A program made the translations under genes and the position numbers. This document shows, in pieces, positions 8,682-18,700 of a stretch of DNA of 32,000 nt. Numbering within the stretch: the first letter of the stretch is position 1; each line of letters begins with the position of its first letter. The notes under the pieces are model-generated. The model was not told the DNA's origin. It was given only the letters and a program-made list of their open reading frames with translations, and did not search any database. The DNA comes from Bacteroidales bacterium (GTDB lineage Bacteria > Bacteroidota > Bacteroidia > Bacteroidales > F082), in assembly GCA_028277395.1 (NCBI GenBank), contig JANQGJ010000046.1, positions 1 to 32,000 of the forward strand. The letters run 5' to 3'.

Positions 8682-8710
8682 AAAAAAAGCCTCCCAATTT
8701 GAGAGGCTTT
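8682..8710 (-). terminator. Rho-independent terminator of gene 8732..10069
   Basis: The minus strand reads AAAGCCTCTC-AAATT-GGGAGGCTTT followed by TTTTTTT. The GC-rich stem has one G-U pair. It begins about 20 nt after the stop codon. Confidence 0.75.
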
Positions 8711-8731
8711 AGTAATTATGAATTTTATTTT

Positions 8732-10069
8732 CTATGCAAGTTTATGTTCTTCAACAAAGTCATTCAATACACCCTCAAGGCTTGGCTGGCCAATTTCCTG
8801 AAGATCATAATAAACTCTGGTTGATGGTTTGTCGATCTTAACAATACGTTGCAGATCAATAGGAGTACCTATAACAACAGCTTCACATTCTGTGTTATTG
8901 ATTGATGTCTCCAGATCTTTAAGTTGTTGATCGCTGTAACCCATAGCTGGAAGTAAAGTTCCGATATTTGGATAAATTTCAAAGGTTTCAGCTAACTTAC
9001 CTACAACAAACGGACGAGGATCAATGATCTCAGCTGCACCGAATTTCTGAGCTGCAACTGTCCCTGCTCCTAATTTCATTTCACCGTGTGTAAGCGTTGG
9101 ACCATCTTCAACTACGAGTACTTTTTTGTCTTTAATAACAGCAGGATTGTCAACTGCTATCGGAGAAGCAGCATCAACAACAGTAGCTTTTGGAGCAACT
9201 TTGTGGATGTTTTCTCTAACTGTTTGAATATCTTCAGGTGCTGCGCTATCCATTTTATTAATAATAGCAACATCAGCCAATCTTAAAGTTACTTCGCCAG
9301 GGTAGTATTTTAACTCATGTCCCGGACGATGTGGGTCAACCACAGTAATGTTCAGATCCGGTTTGTAAAATGGGAAGTCATTATTTCCACCATCCCAAAG
9401 AATTACATCACAACCATCAGGATCATTTTCAGCAGCTCTAACAATAGCTTCATAATCAACGCCGGCATAAATTACGTTTCCACGAACCACATGAGGTTCA
9501 TATTCTTCCATTTCCTCAACAGTACATTTATGTTTTGCAAGGTCTTCAACAGTAGCAAAACGCTGAACTTTTTGTTCGGCAAGGTTACCATAAGGCATGG
9601 GGTGTCTGATTGCAACAACCTTCAGACCTTTTTCCATTAAATACTCAATTACTTTACGTGAAGTCTGGCTTTTACCACAACCGGTTCTAACTGCTCCAAC
9701 TGCAATTACAGGTTTGGTACTTTTTACCATAGTGTCTTCAGGTCCAAGTAGTACGAAATTAGCTCCGGCTGCATTAACAATAGCACTAACATTCATTACT
9801 TTATCATAAGTAACATCACTGTAAGAGAAAACGCAGTCGTCTATATTAAGATCTTTAATCAGTTTGGGTAACTCATCTTCAGCATAAATTGGGATACCTT
9901 CAGGATACAGATCACCGGCAAGTTCAACCGGATATTTTCTTCCATCGATATCAGGGATCTGAGCTGCTGTGAAAGCAACTACATTGTAATCTTCATTTCC
10001 ACGATAATAAGTATTAAAGTTATGAAAATCCCTTCCCGCTGCACCAATAATAATTACATTCTTCTTCAT
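8732..10069 (-). CDS. Cyclic 2,3-diphosphoglycerate synthetase-like P-loop protein (COG2403-type predicted GTPase)
   Basis: 445-aa ORF. The N-terminus MKKNVIIIGAAGRDFHNFN, the P-loop-like GAVRTGCGKSQTS and the overall length match my recollection of the cpgS/COG2403 family. Confidence 0.75.
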   Translation of the reverse strand: MKKNVIIIGAAGRDFHNFNTYYRGNEDYNVVAFTAAQIPDIDGRKYPVELAGDLYPEGIPIYAEDELPKLIKDLNIDDCVFSYSDVTYDKVMNVSAIVNAAGANFVLLGPEDTMVKSTKPVIAVGAVRTGCGKSQTSRKVIEYLMEKGLKVVAIRHPMPYGNLAEQKVQRFATVEDLAKHKCTVEEMEEYEPHVVRGNVIYAGVDYEAIVRAAENDPDGCDVILWDGGNNDFPFYKPDLNITVVDPHRPGHELKYYPGEVTLRLADVAIINKMDSAAPEDIQTVRENIHKVAPKATVVDAASPIAVDNPAVIKDKKVLVVEDGPTLTHGEMKLGAGTVAAQKFGAAEIIDPRPFVVGKLAETFEIYPNIGTLLPAMGYSDQQLKDLETSINNTECEAVVIGTPIDLQRIVKIDKPSTRVYYDLQEIGQPSLEGVLNDFVEEHKLA

Positions 10070-10120
10070 AAAAATTAAGTATTAAATATTTATTATTATT
10101 TGAATAAAAATTCAAGCTAG

Positions 10121-10128
10121 CAAATTTA
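10121..10128 (-). promoter_or_regulatory. Candidate -7 promoter box (TAaaTTTG) for gene 8732..10069
   Basis: The minus strand reads TAAATTTG, 52 nt upstream of the ATG at 10069. Confidence 0.35.
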
Positions 10129-10529
10129 GAATAATTAATGATTGAATCTGTTAAATAACATATGGATTAGTAATTTATATTGTTCTAAATAATGATAATG
10201 GCACGTTTTTGTATTTCACTACCTTCAATTTTTTACGGAACTTTCAAATTGCTAAAGTGGAAATGTAGTACCTCTTTAAATTCCATGTACAAAAACATAA
10301 TTAAATGATCCTCTTAAAAACCAAAGAGTAAAGGTTTAACCGGATTACCGGTAGATTTTGTTTTCATTTCCCTGAGTCACGATATATACCTGTTTTGCTA
10401 CTTTAATTGCTGTTGACAGTATTGATAGAAATAGTTTGATAATGTATAATTTATTGGCTATTTTTGAAACTAACATTTTAACATTAGGTATAATATTTAT
10501 TCTATAATTAATCTCTAAATACAAAACTA

Positions 10530-10904
10530 ATGAAACTAATTTCAACTAATATATGCAAAACAAGCGATATTGGAGTTAACGATAACCTGTTTGGTGGTAC
10601 TATGTTATCCTGGTTGGACGAAGCCGGAGGAATTATGGCCGCATGTGCCTGTAGATCACATAATGTAATTACTCTAAAGATGGATGAGGTTCTTTTTAAG
10701 AAACCGGTTAAAGTAAAAGATAAGGTGAGAATCTATGGAGTGGTGGACAGTATTGGAAAGACATCTTTGAAATTATCCCTTGAGGCCAGAACTGTTGATC
10801 TTGTAAATAAAACCGAAAACGTCGTCTGTTCCACATGCATGATATTTGTGAATATTGATGAAAACGGAAATCCTTCTCCAATCCCTCAGGAAACTGAATG
10901 TTAG
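10530..10904 (+). CDS. Acyl-CoA thioesterase (hotdog fold, YciA-like)
   Basis: 124-aa ORF. The stretch NDNLFGGTMLSWLDEAGGIMAA is typical of hotdog-fold acyl-CoA hydrolases. Confidence 0.8.
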   Translation: MKLISTNICKTSDIGVNDNLFGGTMLSWLDEAGGIMAACACRSHNVITLKMDEVLFKKPVKVKDKVRIYGVVDSIGKTSLKLSLEARTVDLVNKTENVVCSTCMIFVNIDENGNPSPIPQETEC

Positions 10905-10909
10905 GATAA

Positions 10910-11518
10910 ATGTTATATGTATTAATTATGAAAAAGCATTTTGTTTTACTGCTGGTTATGGTAGTTTGTAATTTTCTGTATTCTCAGGATACTATATCAG
11001 ATATTGATGGAAATATGTATCCAACCATTCAAATTGGATCTCAGATATGGATGACTAAAAATCTGGAAACAACACTATATCGTAACGGTGATACCATTGA
11101 GTCGTATTGTTATAATAATGATACTATGTTTTGTAATAAATACGGTAGATTGTACCCATGGAGGGCAATTGTCGGAGGTGTAAATTCCGATAGTTTGCTT
11201 GGAGTTTGTCCTGAAAACTGGCATGTGCCAAAAGATGAAGACTGGGACACATTAATTAATACCCTTGGAGGAATGAAAACTGCCGGTGTAAAACTTAGAA
11301 GGAGCAGAACAAATAATTTTCAATTTCAGTGGGGAGGTAACTACCATACCGAACTAAGTGTTTTTAGTTTTATAGACAGGAAAGTGTATCTGTGGTCATC
11401 AACACCGTATAGTAAATCATCGGCATGGATGCGTATGACAAGTAACGATGCTAAAAACATTAACAGATCAACTGTCCCAAAAGAATTTGCATTTAGTGTA
11501 AGATGTGTAAAAGATTGA
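10910..11518 (+). CDS. FISUMP domain (Fibrobacter succinogenes major paralogous domain) secreted protein
   Basis: 202-aa ORF. DIDGNMYPTIQIGSQIWMTKNLE plus the later CPENWHVPKDEDW match the TIGR02145-type domain. A signal peptide starts at M7 (10928), which is an alternative start. Confidence 0.8.
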   Translation: MLYVLIMKKHFVLLLVMVVCNFLYSQDTISDIDGNMYPTIQIGSQIWMTKNLETTLYRNGDTIESYCYNNDTMFCNKYGRLYPWRAIVGGVNSDSLLGVCPENWHVPKDEDWDTLINTLGGMKTAGVKLRRSRTNNFQFQWGGNYHTELSVFSFIDRKVYLWSSTPYSKSSAWMRMTSNDAKNINRSTVPKEFAFSVRCVKD

Positions 11519-12583
11519 TTATTCCACCTTATTCACTTTAGCTTTCAGATCATTCAAAAAGCTTGCTGATACCCAATAAATGTCTGAGTTTCCATTTTGA
11601 GGTTTAGTTTGCAATTCTTCGAAAAAGTTATGGGTTAATTTATCAGGGACAGTACTGTTTTTTAACACCCTCGATGACATGAAGAATAAAAATTTACCAT
11701 CTGGTGACAGAGAAGCAGACCATCCCCGGCCCAGATCAGCATTAATTCCTTCTCCCATGTTAAGAGGCTCAGTCCATTCGTCTTTATCGTTTCGGAATGA
11801 TATGTAATAATTAGCTCCATGTATGTTTTCTTCCACACCAATAGCCGGTATAATAATAAAATTTTCATTGGGAGATATGTAGGCATTAAACCTGTTTACA
11901 CCACAATTAACCTGTTCAGGTAGTTTTTCAGGTTCCGAATACCTGTTGTTTTCAAATACGGACCTGTAAATATAATTTATCCTGTTTTCCTCCTCACGTG
12001 TAAAGTAAATCGTTCCGCTTCTTGTTATAGATGGATAAAATTCACCCTCATCGGTATTAATTACCGGACTAAGTAACTCGGGCTCATTCCAGGAGTTATC
12101 ACTTCTGGTAACAACCCATATATTCATGTTCTTTCTATCGCTTGTATCATTCACAGGACGATCAGATACGAAAAAGAGTTTTGTACCATCACTATTCAAA
12201 CAAGGTTCAATGGTTATGTAATCAGCACCACGACCAAAAGGAACAACTTCAGGTTTCAACCATTGGTTTCCAACACGTTTTGCACAGAAAATTGTTGCAT
12301 ACCTGTAACCCGGTGTTGATGTGGAGTAATATATTTCGTTTCCATCCGGGGTTATCGTAATGTCTCTGTTTATCAATCCATTTGACACTATTCCCGGAGC
12401 AAATAATAATGGTTCGCTTCCAGGTAATACCTGTCCCAGGTAATCACCTTCTACATGTAAATATTCTGTTTTTGATATATCAGTATCTAGTCTTGATTCC
12501 AGTTGTTGTTTGCATGATAAAACAAACATAATTGTTATTAATAGTAAAAAATACCTCATATTGACCTGATTTTTGTTTTTCAA
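11519..12583 (-). CDS. PD40/WD40-like beta-propeller lipoprotein (TolB-like)
   Basis: 354-aa ORF with repeated PD40-type motifs: DGNEIYYS, DGTKLFFVSDR, SGTIYFT, DGKFLFFMSSR. It has a lipobox-like FVLSC near the N-terminus. Confidence 0.8.
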   Translation of the reverse strand: MKNKNQVNMRYFLLLITIMFVLSCKQQLESRLDTDISKTEYLHVEGDYLGQVLPGSEPLLFAPGIVSNGLINRDITITPDGNEIYYSTSTPGYRYATIFCAKRVGNQWLKPEVVPFGRGADYITIEPCLNSDGTKLFFVSDRPVNDTSDRKNMNIWVVTRSDNSWNEPELLSPVINTDEGEFYPSITRSGTIYFTREEENRINYIYRSVFENNRYSEPEKLPEQVNCGVNRFNAYISPNENFIIIPAIGVEENIHGANYYISFRNDKDEWTEPLNMGEGINADLGRGWSASLSPDGKFLFFMSSRVLKNSTVPDKLTHNFFEELQTKPQNGNSDIYWVSASFLNDLKAKVNKVE

Positions 12584-12588
12584 AGAAT

Positions 12589-12780
12589 CTAATTACTTGT
12601 ATTGTTTTCCTGTTCCAGTTGTTGCTGCAACATTGAAATCATGATATCCATCTTCTTTTCCAGTTCATCAATTCGCCGTAAAATTTCATTATGTCTTCTT
12701 TTGTGGTAGAGATTACTGGTTAAGATCTGATAAAGAACAGGTATAAGTATTATAATAATTATTGTAATTCCGAGGTTCAT
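12589..12780 (-). CDS. Small single-TM protein with a C-terminal coiled-coil-like tail, unknown function
   Basis: 63-aa ORF ending 5 nt upstream of the PD40 gene on the same strand. It has an N-terminal hydrophobic helix and then a charged helix. Support is positional only. Confidence 0.4.
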   Translation of the reverse strand: MNLGITIIIIILIPVLYQILTSNLYHKRRHNEILRRIDELEKKMDIMISMLQQQLEQENNTSN

Positions 12781-13026
12781 TTCATTAATTCTTTTGGTTT
12801 AAATTTATACATCATAAGTACATACGTTATAAGGATGTATCAAAATGTATAGCTAAATTGCTATAAAAACCCCAATTGTTCAAACTAATTATACATATGC
12901 TGTAAAAAAATATACAACTATTGTGTTTTTGAATTTTCCCTGGTCTGTCGAAATAAAAACCATAGTAGTTGAGTGCTGAAGTGTGTTTGTCGAAACTTTA
13001 TATAAACATTTGAAATTTATGCAATT

Positions 13027-14100
13027 ATGGTTTATTTTTGTTTTATGGCTAAAATAAATTTTCATTATTCGAACCGGGGTATCAGGATATTATCTCATGT
13101 GTTATTTTGGATAATATATATATTGTTCTTTTATATGCAATATATATTTTATAGTAAGGATGTTGACTCATCATCAATAATGAGCAGTCTTCTGTTGACA
13201 GTTGTTGTCGACATTTTTGCTGCCTATTTTACAGTATATTATTTACTTCCTGAGTTTCTGTTTAAGAGAAGATATTTTGCTTTTGCTACTATATTCCTGG
13301 TATCAGCTGCATTAGCAATTCTTGTGCAACGAGTATTATTATACTACATTGCTGTTCCATATTTTTACGGAGATTCTATCAGCCACACAAAATCATTCTG
13401 GCATATTAACCCATTTTATTCATTTTTCAATATATATACCGTTGTAAGTTTATTTGCAGTTATAAAACTGATGAAGTACTGGTACAGGAACCAACAATTG
13501 AAAACGGAACTGGAAAGAAAAAATAAATCAAGTGAATTAGCACTGCTTAGGACTCAATTAAATCCGCATTTCTTGTTTAATACTTTAAATAACATCGATA
13601 CATTAATTACCTCAGACCAGGCTAAAGCATCTGACGCAGTTATCAAACTATCTGAAATAATGCGCTTTACTCTCTATGAAGCTTCCAATGACAGGGTTCC
13701 ATTGGAACGGGAGATAAATTACCTTGAGAACTATATTGCTTTACAACAGCTAAGATTGAAGAATCCGTATTTTGTAAGATTTGAAAACAGTTCTAACTGC
13801 AAAGGTATGACAATAGCACCAATGCTATTTATACCTTTTGTGGAAAATGCCTTTAAACATGGGTTAAAGAATGTGGTTGCACCCGGAATAGAGATATCAT
13901 TAACCTGTGAAAATGATGTTCTTAAGTTTGAAGTTGTTAACAGATATAGTAACATTGAAGAACAAAATAAGGATGCAACTTCTGGAATTGGTCTTGCAAA
14001 TACCAGAAAAAGATTGAAATTGCTGTATCCGGATAAGCATAAACTGGAAATTAGAAAAAGTACAGGGATCTTTAAAGTTAACCTTAGTGTATTCCCCTGA
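13027..14100 (+). CDS. Sensor histidine kinase, LytS/YehU type (His_kinase + HATPase)
   Basis: 357-aa ORF with an N-terminal multi-TM region, LRTQLNPHFLFNTLNNI (PF06580-type phosphoacceptor region), and ATPase motifs FIPFVENAFKHG and SGIGLANTRKRL. Confidence 0.9.
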   Translation: MVYFCFMAKINFHYSNRGIRILSHVLFWIIYILFFYMQYIFYSKDVDSSSIMSSLLLTVVVDIFAAYFTVYYLLPEFLFKRRYFAFATIFLVSAALAILVQRVLLYYIAVPYFYGDSISHTKSFWHINPFYSFFNIYTVVSLFAVIKLMKYWYRNQQLKTELERKNKSSELALLRTQLNPHFLFNTLNNIDTLITSDQAKASDAVIKLSEIMRFTLYEASNDRVPLEREINYLENYIALQQLRLKNPYFVRFENSSNCKGMTIAPMLFIPFVENAFKHGLKNVVAPGIEISLTCENDVLKFEVVNRYSNIEEQNKDATSGIGLANTRKRLKLLYPDKHKLEIRKSTGIFKVNLSVFP

Positions 14101-14208
14101 TTGTGAGTTGATAATATAACTAATTATTTATGATAAAACAATAATAGTAATGAGGAACTGACTTAACAGTTTCTGTGGTTATATTTGTAATGTAATAATT
14201 TTGAATGA

Positions 14209-14937
14209 ATGAAGATAACATGTATTGCAGTTGATGATGAACCTCTCGCATTACAAAAAATGCATGATTACATATTGAGAGTTGGTTATCTGGAGTTACT
14301 GGCAGAGTTTGATAACGCTTTGGAAGCTATTGAGTTTTTAAAATCAAATAAAGTTGATGTAATTTTTCTTGATATTCAAATGGAAGAGCTAACTGGTATA
14401 CAAATGGTTGAGGCCATGAAAGATAAACCAAAAGTGGTATTTACTACTGCGTATCATGAATATGCCATTAAAGGTTATGAACTTGATATATGCGATTATC
14501 TTTTAAAACCTATTTCCTTTGCAAGGTTTTTGCAAACATGTGAGAAGATACATAGTCTGTTGGATGATGAACCGGAAACAGAATATCAACCTGTAATCTC
14601 ACGGGGAAATAACCCCAATGATGATTTTTTCTTTATAAAAAATGGAAGTGTAACACAGAAAGTAAAACTGGACGAAATTGTTTTTGTTGAAGGAATGAAG
14701 GATTATCTTAGAATTCATACCTTAAACGATAAAATTATGACATTGCTTAGCTTTAAAAAACTTGAACAATCGCTTACATATCCGCAATTTGTAAGAATAC
14801 ATAAATCCTACCTTGTGGCAATTGATAAAATCACAAGTATAGAGAGGAACCGGGTAACAATTGGCAGTGAAATATTACCGGTAGGAGAGAGTTACAGACG
14901 ACAGTTTTTCCAGGTGATTGAGGATAGAAAATTATAG
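14209..14937 (+). CDS. LytTR family response regulator
   Basis: 242-aa ORF. The REC domain has VDDEP and FLDIQM (phospho-acceptor Asp). The C-terminal LytTR domain reads VFVEGMKDYLRIHT...FVRIHKSYLVAIDKI. Confidence 0.9.
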   Translation: MKITCIAVDDEPLALQKMHDYILRVGYLELLAEFDNALEAIEFLKSNKVDVIFLDIQMEELTGIQMVEAMKDKPKVVFTTAYHEYAIKGYELDICDYLLKPISFARFLQTCEKIHSLLDDEPETEYQPVISRGNNPNDDFFFIKNGSVTQKVKLDEIVFVEGMKDYLRIHTLNDKIMTLLSFKKLEQSLTYPQFVRIHKSYLVAIDKITSIERNRVTIGSEILPVGESYRRQFFQVIEDRKL

Positions 14938-14955
14938 TTATATTTTTAAATTGAA

Positions 14956-15723
14956 ATGAATAGACCTGATAACATATTAATCGAAGTTTGCGCAACTTCA
15001 GTAATGTCGGCTATTGCTGCACAAAACGGTGGTGCCAGAAGAATAGAATTATGTGATAACATAGTTGAAGGAGGTACAACTCCGGGTGCCGGAAGTATAT
15101 CAATGTGCAGAAAATTACTGGATATTGATATCTGTGTGCTGATCAGGCCAAGGGGTGGCGACTTTTTATATAATAACATTGAATTTGAGCAATTATTAGA
15201 GGATATTGAATTTGTAAAGGGACAGGGTGTTAAGGGTATTGTTACCGGAGTTCTTGATAAATCAGGATCAGTAGATGTAAAACGAATGCAAACCATTATT
15301 GAAACTGCAGGATCTATGGATGTTGTATTCCACAGAGCTTTTGACATGTGTTCAGATCCTTATGTTGCTATTGAGAAGTTAATTGACCTTGGTGTTGACC
15401 GGTTGTTGACATCTGGACAAAAAAACACTGCCATTGAAGGAGCAGGTCTGATCAGGGAATTAGTTGAAATTGCTGATAACCGAATTGAGATTATGCCCGG
15501 ATCAGGAATAAATACCGGAAACATAGGTGAGTTGATATCCAAAACCGGTGCCGGGAGTTATCATCTTACAGGTAGAAATCCTGTTAAAAGTAAAATGGAA
15601 TATATCTCAAGCGAGGTATGTTTAACAGGGGCGGATAACCTTTCTGATTATGAATGGAAGGTTACAGATGAAATGATTATAAAAAAAATAGTTGAATTAA
15701 GCGAATGTTTCATTTCTGCCTAA
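14956..15723 (+). CDS. cutC: Copper homeostasis protein CutC family (TIM barrel)
   Basis: 255-aa ORF. IEVCATSVMSAIAAQNGGARRIELCDNIVEGGTTPG and HRAFD match CutC family sequences. Confidence 0.85.
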   Translation: MNRPDNILIEVCATSVMSAIAAQNGGARRIELCDNIVEGGTTPGAGSISMCRKLLDIDICVLIRPRGGDFLYNNIEFEQLLEDIEFVKGQGVKGIVTGVLDKSGSVDVKRMQTIIETAGSMDVVFHRAFDMCSDPYVAIEKLIDLGVDRLLTSGQKNTAIEGAGLIRELVEIADNRIEIMPGSGINTGNIGELISKTGAGSYHLTGRNPVKSKMEYISSEVCLTGADNLSDYEWKVTDEMIIKKIVELSECFISA

Positions 15724-15757
15724 TTCAACTATTAACTATTCCTGTTTTATCCGATTA

Positions 15758-18700
15758 CTATCTGATAATGATCTTTTTAACAGTTTTGCTATTATTTGAA
15801 ATTATCTCAACGAAATAAATTCCGTCAGGCTGATCAGAAATGTCGATTTGCTCAGTTAATACATTTCCTTTCAGCACATATTGCTCAGACATAAGAGTCT
15901 GACCTTTTGTATTGATGATATTTAAGGTTACACTACCTTTGGTTTCACCAATTACAATATCGAATATTCCGTTTGATGGATTTGGAATTATAGCGATGTT
16001 TTCATTTTCAGTTAGTCTGTTGTTAATACCAACATTGTTTGAGATAAGAATATTATCGATATAGAGATTATTACCGTAGTGACAATAGGTTTCAAACATA
16101 ATTCTAACATTAGAAGAACCATCCCATTCAGATATATCTATAATATTGCAATCACTGCCATATCCTTCACCACACCAGTCTTCACTGCTTTGGGGTATAA
16201 AAGAGTCGAGAGTAGACAGGCTTGTGGCGAATACCCCTGTACCATCAGGTCCGTTTGCATAAATCCTTTCCCAATTATCACCGCAATCATCACTAATATA
16301 AACAATCAGAGAATCTTTTTGATATGCCCTTTGAGCATATGCATGATCAAACATTAGTTTAAGGTTGGTCATACCGCTGAAATTCAGTGTTGGACTGATC
16401 ATTCTGTCACGCTCACCAAACCCTGAGTAATCAATAAAGTTTACCCAGGGAGCTTTACTACCTGGTAGTGTACCAACTACATCAACAATCTCCCAGGTAA
16501 TATCTTCATCAGGATTCTCGATGGTCCAGCCCAGATCTCTGAGATTATTTGCTTCAAAATTTTCTTCAAATGGTACCTGTATACCGCCCGAATTTATATA
16601 ATCTGTTTTGGTCATGGTTGTACTTCCAACAGCATTTGTTGTAGTTAATGTAATTGTATAAAGACCTGGTTCGAATATTACTGTAGGATTTTGTGAGCTG
16701 GCATTTGTACCTCCGGTAAATGTCACATTATCAGGTTCAAACTCCCAATTCCAGCTATTTGGACAATGCTGTGATTCATCGTATAGCTCAACAATTTTGT
16801 TGCTGCATGCTACAGAGTCGCTTGCTGAAAAGTCAGTTACAGGTAACAGGGTTGAACTTACTGTTATATATTCTTCTTTGGTAATAGAGTCAGCTCCCAG
16901 ACTGTTTGTAACAACAAGTTTCACATAATATGTTCCGGCATTATCATATACAATACCTGTAGGATTTGCTTCTGTTGAGTTCTCAGGGGTTCCTCCTTCA
17001 AAAGTCCAGACAAAAGTTTCAGGGGGTCCTTGTGACAGGCTTGTATAACTATTACCGCAACCTATTGGAATCGTTGTTTGTTCTGCTTCAAAATCAGCAA
17101 CCGGAGCATACATTATCAGGTCAGCTTCCCAAAGCCCTCTTCCATAGGTGGCTGCTCGGATTAATTTTGCATCATGGTTGATCTCCAGCTCATTTACAAT
17201 AACATTTGGAAGGTTATCATTGAATGAGGTCCATTCTGTTAATCCTCCATCTATATAGTAAACACCAACATCCATTCCCACATAAAGCGGATTCAGTGCT
17301 CCCATTGAAAAAGCTACACAATTGGCTGGTAAATTTGGTAGGTTTATGGAATAATTCTCCCATGAAATACCTGCATCATATGAAATATATACTTTTTCAC
17401 CATTGGTAAATCCTGATAGACTAACAGCAATGATCTCAGGATTCTCGGGATGAACTGCAATATATGAAATTGAATGATCAGGAAGTCCGTCAGAGATATT
17501 AGCCCAGCTTTCCCCTCCATTTGTTGTTTTATAGATTATTGACCCTTTGGAAGTATACAGATAATCCCCGTTGGATTCAGCAATTGCAAGATTATCAAGG
17601 TAACCCATGCCAAAATTGGAAATAGTTGTCCAGCTACTCATTCCATTTGTTGTTTTTTTGATCTCTGACGAGCCAACGAATAAAGTTGATGGGTCAGTTG
17701 GATGAATTACAAACGGGGTAACCCAGTTACCACCTCCAGGCTGGCTTATATTAACACCACCATAGGAACCACCACTAATTGATTTATAAAAGCTTCCATT
17801 TTGGGATGTTCCATAAACAATATTGCTGTTTGTGTAATCTACAACACATTCCATACCATCTGCACCAAGCCATTCATGCCAATGGTCATTAGTATAAACA
17901 CTGGTACCATTGTCCTGTGAACCTCCAAGAATTTTATAAGGATCATTTTTCGATGTTCCTATTTTGTAAAACTGACGAATACTAATACCTTCAGTAAGGT
18001 TTGTCCAGGTTGATGCTCCATCAGTTGATTTACTGATAAGCCCGTCACTTCCAACATAAAGTGTTCCACCGTAAAATACCATCTCATGGATATCGCAATG
18101 AGTGTATCCAATTGGATTTCCCCATGTCCAGTCTGTTGTTTTTGTCCATGACGTCCCACCGGTTGCAGATTTCCAGGTGTTTATCTCTCCCAGGTGAACT
18201 TCTTCTGCATCTTCATGTGATACGCAAAATGCCAGATCATACCATGACTGACTTCCCTGGTTGGGTTGAGATGATCTCATAGAGAAAGAATCGCCACTGT
18301 CTTCCGATCTGTAAATACCTGTTGCAGATGAGAAATAATAAACATAGTCAGGATTATCATTTGTTACAGCTATTTGTGCTCTGCTACCTGTAGGTAAACC
18401 GGTTGTTTCGGTAAAATTATCTCCTCCATCAACTGACTTGTAAAATTTTCTTGTGATCGCATAAATTGTATTTGGATCATCTGGTTTAAATTCCATGTCA
18501 TCAATATCTCCATTTAAGAGCTTCGTCCAGGTATCACCGGCATCAGTTGTTCTGTAAACACCATCAGTGGTTGCTGCGAATAGTATGTCAGGATTATCAG
18601 GATTAATAAGAAGTTTGGCTATTGTACGATTTTGGTTTATTGTCCAGTCAAGACCAGTGATGTTCCATGTGGTTCCGCCATCAGTTGATTTTAATACTCC

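Noticed and set aside
10345-10545. 66-aa minus-strand ORF in the long AT-rich intergenic region
   Set aside because: It overlaps the thioesterase start codon, is Ile/Lys/Asn/Tyr-rich as expected from translated AT-rich non-coding DNA, and has no promoter box or motif.
12946-12995. Direct repeat GTyTGTCGAAA (12944-12953 region and 12986-12995), 42 nt apart, upstream of the histidine kinase / LytTR operon; considered as a LytTR autoregulatory site
   Set aside because: There are only two short copies. A rough estimate suggests an 8-11-mer repeat within a ~250-nt AT-rich region is not unlikely by chance. The spacing does not match the ~21-nt arrangement known for LytTR sites.
14946-15347. 133-aa antisense ORF over the cutC start, and 15360..15542
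   Set aside because: Both are antisense to a clearly recognisable CutC gene. They are Ser/Pro/Ile-rich shadow translations.
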